Source of the DNA: an uncultured bacterium
Lineage (GTDB): Bacteria; Fidelibacterota; Marinisomatia; Marinisomatales; TCS56
Reading direction: 5' to 3'
DNA: 64,000 nucleotides
Assembly: GCA_964410945.1 (NCBI GenBank)
Contig: CAYPJE010000003.1
Coordinates: 3,398 to 67,397, forward strand
The notes under the pieces were generated by a model. That model made no database searches, was not told the origin of the DNA, and worked only from the letters and a program-made list of their open reading frames with translations. The translations under genes were made by a program, and so were the position numbers. Below, one piece after another: positions 20,493-30,225 of this stretch. The stretch's first letter is position 1. Each line of letters opens with the position of its first letter.

Positions 20493-21041
20493 ATGGCTGA
20501 ACCAAACGGGACTAACAATAAATCGGCCCTGGTAATCATCACCTTGGGAATCATCCTGTTGGTTTTCAATTTCCTGCCTGGGGTGACCAGTTCACAGGGC
20601 TGGTGGTTAATATTCATATTTTTGGCAATCGCATTTTTCACACCGGCCATTGTCTGGCCCGAAGCTCGATCCGGGCTGGCAGCACTCTTCATTCCCGGCA
20701 CCATAATGGCTACCATGGGCCTGATCTTCATGTACAACGTACTCACCGGCGACTGGGATTCCTGGTCATACATGTGGACCCTCCTGCCTGGATCGGTTGG
20801 AATCGGATTATTGCTGGCAGCCAAGACCGGCAACTGGGATCCCGGGGCCGGACGGGTGGGACAATGGCTGGCCATATTCAGTGGAGCGGCCTTCATTCTT
20901 TTCAGTTCAAGTGCGATCAAAATAGCCGGTGCCATTATTCTGATTACCACAGGAATTCTGATGCTGGCCAAATCGGATGGCTTTGGTCGCAAGAGCGAAA
21001 ACATCAATTCGGGGAAAGATAATGATGCCAAAACCGATTAA
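20493..21041 (+). CDS. hypothetical polytopic membrane protein
   Basis: Strong SD (GGAGGAGG) 5 nt before the ATG. 5-6 hydrophobic helices. Preferred over the antisense ORF 20465..21031. Confidence 0.6.
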   Translation: MAEPNGTNNKSALVIITLGIILLVFNFLPGVTSSQGWWLIFIFLAIAFFTPAIVWPEARSGLAALFIPGTIMATMGLIFMYNVLTGDWDSWSYMWTLLPGSVGIGLLLAAKTGNWDPGAGRVGQWLAIFSGAAFILFSSSAIKIAGAIILITTGILMLAKSDGFGRKSENINSGKDNDAKTD

Positions 21042-21594
21042 ATATTTTGTCCTGATTATTACCATATTGGTTATTGCCGGTTGTGCCGGCAGAATCCCGG
21101 ATGGTATCAATCCCAGCTATTATCCCGACGGCACCCTCAAAGCGGAAACAACCTTCCTGAAGAATAAAAAACACGGACTGACAAAGGAATACTACCAGAA
21201 TGGCCGGTTGAAGGCCGAATACAATTATGAGAAGAACATTCTCCAAGGTGAAACAAAAGAATATTTTAACAACGAACGAAACACCCTGATGAAGGTGTTG
21301 AATTACAAACTGGGAGCGAAAAATGGTCCGGCGGTGGAATATTATCCTTCCGGTGTTCGCAAATGGGAGGGTAAATATCTCAGTGATGAATTAACCGGTA
21401 ATGTTATTACCTACTACGAGAATGGCACCAAGAAAGAAGAGGCCAATTACTCCATCGGCCAGAAGCATGAGAGTGTTAAGACATTTTACGACAATGGTAA
21501 TATCAAAACCGATGAAATCTGGCTGAATAATCGCAAACACAAGGTCATCTATTATAATCAGGATGGTTCGATCCGGCATACCCAGGAATTCTGA
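21022..21594 (+). CDS. MORN-variant repeat lipoprotein (YwqK-like)
   Basis: Lipobox LVIAGC after MMPKPIKYFVLIITI. Repeated YYxNGxLKxE / YYPSGxxKWEG units. Confidence 0.7.
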   Translation: MMPKPIKYFVLIITILVIAGCAGRIPDGINPSYYPDGTLKAETTFLKNKKHGLTKEYYQNGRLKAEYNYEKNILQGETKEYFNNERNTLMKVLNYKLGAKNGPAVEYYPSGVRKWEGKYLSDELTGNVITYYENGTKKEEANYSIGQKHESVKTFYDNGNIKTDEIWLNNRKHKVIYYNQDGSIRHTQEF

Positions 21595-21596
21595 CA

Positions 21597-21986
21597 ATGT
21601 TTAGAAGGAACACTGTTTCTTCCAACTCACCATTTGAATCTGATATCGGTTTTTCACGCGCCGTTCGCCACGGCAATCTTCTGGTTGTTTCCGGGACAGC
21701 ACCACTCAACAGCGACGGATCAACCGCGTTCCCCGGTGATTTATACAACCAGACCAGACAGTGCCTCACAATAATAAAAGAAGCCATAGAAAAATCCGGT
21801 GCTGAATTGAAAGATGTTATCCGCACCCGTGTGATGCTTACTGACATCAGTCAGTGGGAATCTGCCGGCAAGGCACACGGCGAATTCTTTCGGGAAATAA
21901 GACCGGCCTGCACCTTTGTAGAAGTGAGCCGTTTCATATCACCGGACTGGCTGGTGGAAATCGAAGCCGACTGCTATATTGGATGA
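21597..21986 (+). CDS. RidA/YjgF-family protein
   Basis: 129 aa. GNLLVVSGTAPL..DG and VMLTDI ... C-terminal EIEA pattern typical of the Rid family. Confidence 0.75.
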   Translation: MFRRNTVSSNSPFESDIGFSRAVRHGNLLVVSGTAPLNSDGSTAFPGDLYNQTRQCLTIIKEAIEKSGAELKDVIRTRVMLTDISQWESAGKAHGEFFREIRPACTFVEVSRFISPDWLVEIEADCYIG

Positions 21987-22351
21987 TGAAACTGACTGAT
22001 CTTGAGGCAGTCCGTCAGGCCCTGCTTAAACTGCCTGGCGCCAGACAGGACCAACCATTCGGGCCGGAAGTACTGGTTTATAAAGTCGGAATGAAAATGT
22101 TCGCTATCCTGGCCTGGGAAAAGTCTCCCCTGGAAGTATCCTTGAAATGTGCCCCTGACAATGCCCTGTTCCTGCGGGAACATTTCCCGGCCGTACGTCC
22201 CGGCTACCATCTGAATAAAAAACACTGGAACACGGTTACCCTGGATGGTTCAATCACTGACAGTGATATAGAAAAAATGATCCTTGAGTCATATGAGCTG
22301 GTCTACGGATCACTAAGTAAAATTGCCAAGGCGGCCATTACCAGCCCCTGA
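21983..22351 (+). CDS. MmcQ/YjbR-family protein
   Basis: Start moved to MMKLTD (ATGATGA overlap with the ridA-like stop). PFGPEVLVYKVGMKMFAIL ... HLNKKHWNTV. Confidence 0.65.
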   Translation: MMKLTDLEAVRQALLKLPGARQDQPFGPEVLVYKVGMKMFAILAWEKSPLEVSLKCAPDNALFLREHFPAVRPGYHLNKKHWNTVTLDGSITDSDIEKMILESYELVYGSLSKIAKAAITSP

Positions 22352-22372
22352 CAATGGAATTCCGTTCTATCG

Positions 22373-22674
22373 CCCTTCGACCGGTCTATACTGCGCTACG
22401 AAAAAGGATGCTTCATACGACAGACACACTTGTCTGCCGGGGTAGTGAAATTGGGTAAATTGTGCAGACAGAACCTGCCGCGACGGAATACTCCCGGGAT
22501 GAAATCGGGATGTCTGCATTACGGTCGAGGGTATTTTGTTCAAAAGTTACCTCACCCGGGCACGTCATGCCGTGCCCCTACGATATCTGATGGATTTCTT
22601 CCTGTCTCCGGTCTCCTGTCCCCTTTTCTTCTCTGTTCCAAGTCCCCGGTCCCTCGTCCCCTGAGACTGGTCCC
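22373..22674. repeat. intergenic mosaic of short palindromic repeat fragments
   Basis: CCCTTCGAC core of family A. Inverted TGCAGACA (22472) / TGTCTGCA (22511). Hairpin GGGCAC-gtcatgcc-GTGCCC. About five spaced GTCCCY motifs at 22617-22675. Confidence 0.4.
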
Positions 22675-23943
22675 CTAATCAAATTCTTTCACCACTTTCT
22701 GCACAATCTCCTTGTGAACCATTACCAGCAGCATTTTCATTTTGATGTAGTCTTCCCGATAAAAATAATAGCCCGGATGCTGCCCCATATAGGCACCCGA
22801 ACCGGAATCCTTGATCAGGAACCAGTTATCCTTGCCGATCTTTTTATGTCCAACGATATGGATCAGATGGTCATCGGTGGTGGATTCATTGTAAAAACGG
22901 AGTTCCCTTGAATCCTGGCTGATCAGTTCCGCCGGAATGTCAAAAGAGGGAATAATAGCGGCATCCTGAAATACATCGATCCCCGGTTCAGAAATATCCC
23001 CTCCGATCAGGACCGAATATCCCATTTTGGATGCGGTTTCCACAATTGAATAAAACTCGCTCAGGGGAACGTTGTAATAGGAATTATCGAGCCACCAGTT
23101 ATCCGGGACCTCAAATTCACAAAATTCATAAAATGGATATTTTTTAGTCGAGACCAGGCAGACATAATCATCTACATCCACCCATAATATTTCTTCCAGA
23201 AACTCTACTGGTGTGTATTCGACACCATCATAAATAAAATGGTTCGGCGGCTGACCCAAATAGCGCTCCATGATAACCTTTACCGAATTAGTTACCAGTG
23301 TTTCATCCCAGAAATCCTGATCGTCGATCCAGTCCAGATAAGCCTCGATTTCCTGAAACATGGTTTTTTGTTGAAAACGTCCGTCAGTGCGAGTTACCCC
23401 CGGGTAGATATCGCGAGGAACCGCTCCATACTCCTGCCAGACCCTGGTAACGGCATTGGCCTCCGATCCTTGTCCCAGGTATGAATCACCCCGCTCTTTC
23501 ACATAGCGGCCGGCTTTTAACAGATATTCATTATATACCGTAAACATCTCGGATAATTTGATCTTTTTCCCATATTGCCGGTTGATTTCAGATTCCAGAA
23601 AGGAGGTGGTGGCAAAACTCCAGCAGGTACCGGTGAGGTACTGGCGGGTGGGCGGAAAATGCCAGATCTGCTTGAATTCCTCTGGTGAGCCAGGTTTTTT
23701 TATTCCATCCCAGTCGATGGCCAGAACCTGCCGTTCCAGCCGGGCCTGCCGGTCTTCCTCCCATTGCCGGTCCCGGATATTCTCGGTCTCTGCTTCCAGT
23801 TCCTCAACCAGCGAATCGAGTTCAGCCTTCATAGCTTCAATCTCCGGTTCAATCTGTACAGTACGGTACTGGAGTTCCTGGGCCAATAATGGTAGGGTAA
23901 AGATTGCCAATAAAATCAACGGGGTGCGAATCCTCATCAGCAT
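22675..23943 (-). CDS. secreted C1-family cysteine peptidase (aminopeptidase C / bleomycin hydrolase-like)
   Basis: Signal peptide. Catalytic-Cys motif QYLTGTCWSFATTSF. The His region (DHLIHIVGH) is consistent with the papain fold. Confidence 0.75.
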   Translation of the reverse strand: MLMRIRTPLILLAIFTLPLLAQELQYRTVQIEPEIEAMKAELDSLVEELEAETENIRDRQWEEDRQARLERQVLAIDWDGIKKPGSPEEFKQIWHFPPTRQYLTGTCWSFATTSFLESEINRQYGKKIKLSEMFTVYNEYLLKAGRYVKERGDSYLGQGSEANAVTRVWQEYGAVPRDIYPGVTRTDGRFQQKTMFQEIEAYLDWIDDQDFWDETLVTNSVKVIMERYLGQPPNHFIYDGVEYTPVEFLEEILWVDVDDYVCLVSTKKYPFYEFCEFEVPDNWWLDNSYYNVPLSEFYSIVETASKMGYSVLIGGDISEPGIDVFQDAAIIPSFDIPAELISQDSRELRFYNESTTDDHLIHIVGHKKIGKDNWFLIKDSGSGAYMGQHPGYYFYREDYIKMKMLLVMVHKEIVQKVVKEFD

Positions 23944-24023
23944 GGAATTATCCTCTGTTATTTGTTTCCCCGGTCAGACCGGGATAGACCTGAAATTATT
24001 TTTGCTATCGGATAAATGCTGAA

Positions 24024-26159
24024 TCAGCGGTGTATTTTACAGCGCTGGGTCGGCTCGGTACCACGGATAAAGATCTCGGTTGTACGTGGACAGTAGCGGG
24101 TGGGTTTATGCTTGGAAACTGCACATATTTCCACCTCGATGATACCTTCCGGACGGATAAATTTTGCTTTGGGGTCCAGTTCAGTGACCAGTGAATCGTA
24201 CGCTGTTCGCATAAAGCGTGCCCAGGTCGGCATGGCGGCTTTGGAACCATCCCGCCCCGCCCCCAGGCTGACTTGAGGATCGTCCACACCAAACCAGACA
24301 CCAGCCACCAATTGGGGGGTGAAGCCCATGAACCAGGCATCAGTCCAATTCTGGGTGGTACCGGTTTTCCCGGCTGCGGGAGCATAAAATTTATGATACC
24401 AGCGTGACCGGGCGGCGGTACCGCTGTCAACCACGGTGGACATCAGGCTGGTCATCAGGTAGGCCGTTTCGGCACTGAGGACTTCCTCCTGCTGGGCAGT
24501 ATACTCACGCAAAGTATTGCCGTATCGATCTACAATCCTGGTGATTGGATACGGTTCGGAACGCACACCCTGATTGGCCAGGGCACCATAGGCCGCAGCA
24601 GCCTCCAGCAGGTAGACTTCGGAAGTGCCCAGGGCGATGGCATCCACCGCACGGATAGAAGTGGAAATACCCAGCCGTTTGGCCATATTCACTACTTCGA
24701 TCGGTGGTACTACCTGCTGTATCATCCGCACCGCAATCAGGTTCAGGGACCAACGCAGGCCTTCCCTTAAAGTCGTGAGGCCCCCAGTACTGTTATCATA
24801 ATTGCGTGGATTCCATTGGATCCACTCACCTTCGGCATTTTGAACATTCAATACCACCGGCTGATTCATTAGTTGGTGGGTTACCGGCCAACCATTATCA
24901 AGGGCCGTGACATAGATAAACGGTTTAAACACCGATCCCGGCTGGCGGGCGGCCTGGACGGCGCGGTTGAATTGGTCGGGGTAGTCGGGCCGGCCACCGA
25001 TCAAAGCCTTGATTGCACCAGTACGGGGGTCGAGGGCAATGAAGGAACACTGCACCAGCAACTTATTACGCAAGTCACTGTACATGGCCATTTCACCCTG
25101 CATCATCATCTTAACCGTATCTTCCGGGTAAATCGCCAGGTAGGCCAGCTTGGAAAATTCTTCGTCGTCGTTGAACAGGCGTGTATTGAGATTTTCCTGA
25201 TTTTCTTCCAATCCAATGGACACCATATATTCGGCAATGGACTGCAGACGGGTGTCCAGGGTAGTATAAATCTTTAATCCGTCCCGGTAGATATTGACGC
25301 CCATTTCATCATCGATTTTTTCCAGGGTGCGGCGGACATATTCGGTGAAATAGGGGGCAATACCGGAACTTTTATCCTGAGTGACACTGCTCAACGACCT
25401 GGCCCGTGCCTCGGCATACTGGTCTTGGTCGATCCGGCCCTGATCGCGCATCAGGCGCAGGACGGTATTACGGCGGGTCCGGGCCCGCTGGGGATTTTTC
25501 AGAGGCGAATAATTGCCCGGTGAGGGCAACAGGCCCACCAGCAAAGCCGATTCATCCAGGGACAGATCCTTGGCATCCTTGCTGTAATAACGCTTGGCAG
25601 CGGCCTGGACCCCGTAGGTTCCATGACCGAAATGGACACTGTTCAGGTACATTTCCAGGATTTCATCCTTGGTATAGGTCCGCTCGATCTGGATGGCGGT
25701 AATGCCTTCCTTGATCTTTCTGACCAGTGTTTTCTTGAAACCGATCGTATCATACAGATTGCGCGCCAGCTGCTGGGTGATCGAGCTGAATCCGGTACTG
25801 TAACGCAGGGTTACAGTATTGATCACTACCGCCCGTAAAAAGTCACGCATGGAAACACCCCAGTGCGTATTGAACCGCTTATCTTCCGAGGCAATGGTGG
25901 CTTCCCGCATATGCCAGGGGATATCATCCAATTCGACAAAAATGCGTTTTTCCAGGAATAATTCATCCAGGACAACACCATCGACAGAGTAGATTCTGGT
26001 CACCAGATCGGGATCGTAATTCTCGAGCTGGTCCAGTGATGGCAGATCGCGTGCCAGGAATAGTATATATCCAAAACCAATGATTGCCACTGCGATCAGC
26101 ATCAGGATCGAATTGCGGGCTACTTTTCCCCAGGAGGTTGGTTTTCTGTACTCAGCCAT
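24024..26159 (-). CDS. penicillin-binding protein 1A (bifunctional transglycosylase/transpeptidase)
   Basis: N-terminal anchor. GT51 motifs EDKRFNTHWGV and ITQQLARN. Transpeptidase SxxK (GSVFKP), SLN and KTGT motifs. Confidence 0.9.
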   Translation of the reverse strand: MAEYRKPTSWGKVARNSILMLIAVAIIGFGYILFLARDLPSLDQLENYDPDLVTRIYSVDGVVLDELFLEKRIFVELDDIPWHMREATIASEDKRFNTHWGVSMRDFLRAVVINTVTLRYSTGFSSITQQLARNLYDTIGFKKTLVRKIKEGITAIQIERTYTKDEILEMYLNSVHFGHGTYGVQAAAKRYYSKDAKDLSLDESALLVGLLPSPGNYSPLKNPQRARTRRNTVLRLMRDQGRIDQDQYAEARARSLSSVTQDKSSGIAPYFTEYVRRTLEKIDDEMGVNIYRDGLKIYTTLDTRLQSIAEYMVSIGLEENQENLNTRLFNDDEEFSKLAYLAIYPEDTVKMMMQGEMAMYSDLRNKLLVQCSFIALDPRTGAIKALIGGRPDYPDQFNRAVQAARQPGSVFKPFIYVTALDNGWPVTHQLMNQPVVLNVQNAEGEWIQWNPRNYDNSTGGLTTLREGLRWSLNLIAVRMIQQVVPPIEVVNMAKRLGISTSIRAVDAIALGTSEVYLLEAAAAYGALANQGVRSEPYPITRIVDRYGNTLREYTAQQEEVLSAETAYLMTSLMSTVVDSGTAARSRWYHKFYAPAAGKTGTTQNWTDAWFMGFTPQLVAGVWFGVDDPQVSLGAGRDGSKAAMPTWARFMRTAYDSLVTELDPKAKFIRPEGIIEVEICAVSKHKPTRYCPRTTEIFIRGTEPTQRCKIHR

Positions 26160-26331
26160 TATTAAAATTTAAGCACTAATGCTTATTCAATGTAAAGACA
26201 GTAAAAAATAAAAGTTCGGGAAAATAATTTAAAACACTAATAATGCCTTGAAGGTCGCCAAACAAAGACCTTCAAGGTTTCAAAAATATTGTGTCACCCA
26301 CCAGTAGGGAAATGAAATCTGTCAATAATTC

Positions 26332-26362
26332 GCAGGGATAAGATTCTGAATCTTATCCCTGC
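26332..26362 (-). terminator. 31-nt palindrome (family B) immediately 3' of the 26374..29037 gene
   Basis: GCAGGGATAAGATTC-t-GAATCTTATCCCTGC. Sequence-related to the palindromes at 30056..30085 and 38489..38518. No strong T-run follows. Confidence 0.45.
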
Positions 26363-26373
26363 CAACAATAATT

Positions 26374-29037
26374 TCAATTACCAAACCAGTAAACGAATTT
26401 CACCAATAATATATTGGTAGGCTCAACCCGGATCAGATCACCATAATTATCGAAAACCGGTCCTCTGGAATGATTTATCACGTAATTAAAATCGTTCTGA
26501 TCGAACTGCCACACCAGGTAGAGGGCCGAACCGGGCCGGAATTCCCAGCGTAACACAGTGTTCAATTGCATTGAGTTATAATAGAAATCAGGATTGGTAA
26601 TAGAAAATTCATCAGCGGCAGAATCGCCGTCGGGATCGATGATATAATCACCGGTTTCATCCTGTTCAATTGTACCCGCATCGGTTCCGTAGGTATCAAA
26701 TTCATAGGAAGCCGGACGGGCCAATTGCTTGAACTGGCTGTAATCATAATCGGACACGTAGGGACACACTACCAGTTGGAGGGTCAATTCCGGAGAGAAG
26801 GTCCATTCCAGCCGTCCGGTGGCCCAGTGGGTTTTACCACTGAGATCGGAGAAAATATACCGGGTTCCAAAAGTTTCAGCGGCCAGATCATCTTCGATTG
26901 CATCGACATACTGGTTGGTGCGGTTACTGAAATCCAGACCGGTAGATAACTCAATATTGATATTCGACTGCGGTTTGTAGGCCATGGAAATTTCCGTATT
27001 CAAATCACCGGCCCCGGAATTATCCCGGGTTTTCCTGATATATGATCCGAACGACAGCTTCTTCCGGCTGTTCGAATTAAGTGAAAATGACAACTCTGTA
27101 TCCGCCAATCCGCGTACCAGCGGTCCGCCGCGTGTCAGGTGATCATCATAATGGGGAACCGACTGCTCGAACCTGAGATTCATATTCCATAGATTGGTGA
27201 AGTTGGCATAATATGACAACAATCCGTATGCCCAGACGAGGTCGCCGCCAAAATTCCAGGCCGGGAACCAGCCGGCCAGAAGCTGCCAGTAACGAATTTT
27301 TTCACCAGGATCGGTTTGGCGATATTTATACAAAATTCCCCAAGAGCGGTAATCGGCACGAACCTCAAAGCCGATATCATTGGGTTCAAACCCGGGACTT
27401 ACCTCGGCATAGGTGAATGATCCCTGGTGCCGGCCCTTGTTTTTCATCAGGGTCATTTCAAAGGAATGTCCGCTCAGAGCAGTGGCCGTTTCATCCAGTT
27501 CCATATAATCGGCATCGGGCCGTTGAAAATAACGGGGACTCGCCTCCTGGGCTTCGGTGATCACTGCCGCGCTGCCGTTTAGATAACTTTGTACGTAAAC
27601 ACCCGATGCAACCCAGTTTGGAAACTTGTTGATCCGGTGCTCAAAATCTATCCCGGCCAGAACGGCATTTTCCCGAAACTGATCTTCCAGTGCCGGTGTG
27701 GACAAGTTCCGGTTCACCATGGCACCATAGGCGCCCAGGTAACTGTTGCCGGCATTAAAATCCTGTTTGACGCGGCCCACCAGCGAATTCGCCAGTGGTT
27801 CCACTATTTCCTCCTTTTCCACACCAAGCGTATCGGTATAAACAGCTGATTCATTCATCGTGACGGCATCGAAGAAGCTGAGCGAGAGCCCCCGGTTGGT
27901 TTTCCCGCTGATCTTACTGGCTGCGGCGATCCTCGTCTTATCGGGATAATCTGAGTAATCCTCGGCACCATCGGAAATGCTGCCCTGAGGTGTCCTTCCT
28001 ACTCGCCGGGAATAAAACATAATCGGCAGGTTGGAATAGAAAGAACGGGTACTGCCGAAATCGATTATATCCACGCCTTCAACAAAGAAAGGCCGCTTTT
28101 CCACATAGAAGGTTTCATTGGCCGTCAGATTCACCTGGGCCGGGTCGGCTTCAACCTGGCCGAAGTCAGGATTGATGGCTGATGTGAGTGTAAAATTCGA
28201 TCCCAGACCGATCTTAAGATCGGCACCAATTCCACCGGTCAGATCGTATTCAGAATAGAAAGGATTGTCATTGTCTTCGGGAACATTGATTGCGCCACCT
28301 GAGGCATACGGCAGTACTTCAATCCTTTTGACCGGCGGTGGATGCACCAATCCCCGGAGCGTTCCATAAGCCGCAACCTCGCTGTTGGATTCCACCGGAA
28401 GATGGTTCCAGTAATCGTGCTCGTCATTACGGGAAATATAGCGATAGAATTGGATTCCCCATTCCGGCTGGGCAATGGTCTGATCGTACCGCAGCTGGGA
28501 GAATGGAATTCGCATTTCCACCGTCCAGCCCTCTCCATCGATGACCGCAACGCCGTCCCAGACCGCATCCCAGCTGGCATCACTGAATTCATCGTTGTAC
28601 CAGAGCATGTCCTGCTTTGTACCCAGTGGCGTGAGGTAAAACGAGAAGCCGGTGCGTTTATCGTTATAACTGTCTATTCCGACACCGAATTGATCCGACA
28701 CTCCCCGCGTGTCCCGGCGCAGCAACTGGGCCGAGATCAACTTGGGATCGTCGTACATCCGGGCGGCAATATAAATATAATCATCGTCGTATAGCACCCG
28801 GGCCTCGGTCGGCTGGATACCCGGCGCACCGGACTCCGGCATATACTGGGTGAACTTGTCGGCCACCACCGCTGACTCCCAAACAGGGTCATCCGGGACG
28901 CCATCGATGACCGGTGGAGTATCGATCTTTATGATAGTATAAATCCGGTTCTGGATATCTTCTCCCAGCAAGGCGACAACCGGCAAAATTATTAGTATTA
29001 TTTTTTTTAACGGTCCCATTACTTCCCCCTTAATCAA
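26374..29037 (-). CDS. large secreted/outer-membrane protein with CBM9-like N-terminal domain (DUF5916-like)
   Basis: Signal peptide. IDGVPDDPVWESA...F.QY.P motif typical of carbohydrate-binding family 9-like domains. Long beta-rich remainder ending ...FVYWFGN. Confidence 0.6.
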   Translation of the reverse strand: MIKGEVMGPLKKIILIILPVVALLGEDIQNRIYTIIKIDTPPVIDGVPDDPVWESAVVADKFTQYMPESGAPGIQPTEARVLYDDDYIYIAARMYDDPKLISAQLLRRDTRGVSDQFGVGIDSYNDKRTGFSFYLTPLGTKQDMLWYNDEFSDASWDAVWDGVAVIDGEGWTVEMRIPFSQLRYDQTIAQPEWGIQFYRYISRNDEHDYWNHLPVESNSEVAAYGTLRGLVHPPPVKRIEVLPYASGGAINVPEDNDNPFYSEYDLTGGIGADLKIGLGSNFTLTSAINPDFGQVEADPAQVNLTANETFYVEKRPFFVEGVDIIDFGSTRSFYSNLPIMFYSRRVGRTPQGSISDGAEDYSDYPDKTRIAAASKISGKTNRGLSLSFFDAVTMNESAVYTDTLGVEKEEIVEPLANSLVGRVKQDFNAGNSYLGAYGAMVNRNLSTPALEDQFRENAVLAGIDFEHRINKFPNWVASGVYVQSYLNGSAAVITEAQEASPRYFQRPDADYMELDETATALSGHSFEMTLMKNKGRHQGSFTYAEVSPGFEPNDIGFEVRADYRSWGILYKYRQTDPGEKIRYWQLLAGWFPAWNFGGDLVWAYGLLSYYANFTNLWNMNLRFEQSVPHYDDHLTRGGPLVRGLADTELSFSLNSNSRKKLSFGSYIRKTRDNSGAGDLNTEISMAYKPQSNINIELSTGLDFSNRTNQYVDAIEDDLAAETFGTRYIFSDLSGKTHWATGRLEWTFSPELTLQLVVCPYVSDYDYSQFKQLARPASYEFDTYGTDAGTIEQDETGDYIIDPDGDSAADEFSITNPDFYYNSMQLNTVLRWEFRPGSALYLVWQFDQNDFNYVINHSRGPVFDNYGDLIRVEPTNILLVKFVYWFGN

Positions 29038-29038
29038 A

Positions 29039-29890
29039 TCAACCGGACTTTGGTGGCAGTTGATTCAGCGATGATACATTTAACAATTCGTCATTGGCAC
29101 GTTCGTAAAATTCGGATACTATTCTTTCAACATCATCCAGGGTGTATTTCTCCCGCAGGCTGTGCATTATTTCATCTACGGCAATTTCCGTATTGATACC
29201 ATGATGATAGAGATATGATAATACCGGACTCCTGGTATAAACAGCCTGATAGATTTCACCATCATTCGAGATCAGCGCCACCAGGTGCTCTGAAGCATCC
29301 ACTACCATATTCATCCAACTGACACCCCAGCGGGAACTGAAACGGTCATCACGGCTTTCCGGAATAATTTTAGCGCCGGGGATGTCCAACGGTGCATAGG
29401 ATTTGATCAGCACCACCAGTCCCCGGTCGATTTCCGCCCGGACTACATCCATCAATTCATCATAGAACGTCGGATCGGCATCGATAACAGCAATCTTCTT
29501 GGCATTACGCAACATGGAGCGGAACTGGTCATACAGTTGTTCCAGCGACTGAATCTGGTAAACGTTGTTATCCCAATCGGCGGTTTTGATATCGGCCAGC
29601 GCCTCCTCGGCATTTTTCCTGGACTGCATAAAATTGCGTTCCAAGCGGTCCAGCATGTCACCGTAAGGTACGGCCCGGTACTGGCGGGTTTTACTGCGGT
29701 CGGTCAGGACAGCGCCCTGCTGCTCCAGCATTTCCAAGGCCTTATAAGTGTTAGCCACCGGCTTGCCAATCGCCTTGGCAATGCGGTAACCGGTGGCCGG
29801 GCTTTCAGCCACCAGGAAAGTATATATCCGGGCCGCCAGTTCGGTAAACCCCAGACTGACCAAGTTGTGGATTATTTTGTCTTTAGGCAT
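29039..29890 (-). CDS. TrmB-family transcriptional regulator
   Basis: N-terminal wHTH LVSLGFTELAARIYTFLVAESPATGYRIAKAIGKPVANTYKALEMLEQQGAV. Confidence 0.8.
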   Translation of the reverse strand: MPKDKIIHNLVSLGFTELAARIYTFLVAESPATGYRIAKAIGKPVANTYKALEMLEQQGAVLTDRSKTRQYRAVPYGDMLDRLERNFMQSRKNAEEALADIKTADWDNNVYQIQSLEQLYDQFRSMLRNAKKIAVIDADPTFYDELMDVVRAEIDRGLVVLIKSYAPLDIPGAKIIPESRDDRFSSRWGVSWMNMVVDASEHLVALISNDGEIYQAVYTRSPVLSYLYHHGINTEIAVDEIMHSLREKYTLDDVERIVSEFYERANDELLNVSSLNQLPPKSG

Positions 29891-29903
29891 ATTTTACTCT
29901 TTA

Positions 29904-29923
29904 TTAGTAGTGTATACTACTAA
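29904..29923. promoter_or_regulatory. perfect 8-4-8 inverted repeat upstream of trmB-family gene (candidate operator)
   Basis: TTAGTAGT-gtat-ACTACTAA, starting 14 nt upstream of the start codon at 29890. Confidence 0.35.
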
Positions 29924-30055
29924 TATTAGAAATAAATAAAAACTCAAACAAGTGAATTCTGCGTTTCAACAAATATCTATTCTGAGCAACCTTGAAGGTA
30001 TAATAAAACTAAATGCCATCCGCCATCTGGTGAATGGCATTAAAATATGATAATT

Positions 30056-30173
30056 GTAGGGACAAGATTCGAATCTTGTCCCTACCTGAAAATTATATTC
30101 CGATCAACTCCTTGACAATTTTATCGGAATCGGTTTTGATCTTGTCGTGGAGTGAATCGCCGTGGGAGTCCAT
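30056..30173. repeat. 118-bp direct repeat, left copy (terminator palindrome plus orphan 3' fragment of the fumarate hydratase beta gene)
   Basis: 114/118 identical to 38489..38606 by hand alignment. On the minus strand it encodes MDSHGDSLHDKIKTDSDKIVKELIGI-stop, preceded by an in-frame TGA. Confidence 0.9.
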
Positions 30174-30225
30174 TCAGGAAAATAACCCGATTTATTTATT
30201 ATCCCATTTCCTGTTAATCCGACTG

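Noticed and set aside
20465-21031. 188-aa minus-strand ORF overlapping the 20493..21041 membrane protein.
   Set aside because: The plus-strand ORF has a strong SD and a regular helix pattern, and is co-directional with its neighbours. The minus-strand product is Pro/Ser/Ala-rich without structure. Some uncertainty remains.
21854-21982. N-terminal extension of the YjbR-like ORF, and the 19811 start of the membrane protein ORF.
   Set aside because: Both extensions overlap the 3' ends of well-supported upstream genes in another frame. In-frame starts occur right at the upstream stop codons (21983, 19892).
26247-26278. Hairpin CCTTGAAGGTC-gccaaacaaa-GACCTTCAAGG between the PBP1A gene and the CBM9-like gene, with a related CCTTGAAGGT at about 29988.
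   Set aside because: It is probably just another terminator or REP-like hairpin. Two partial matches are too few to define a family.
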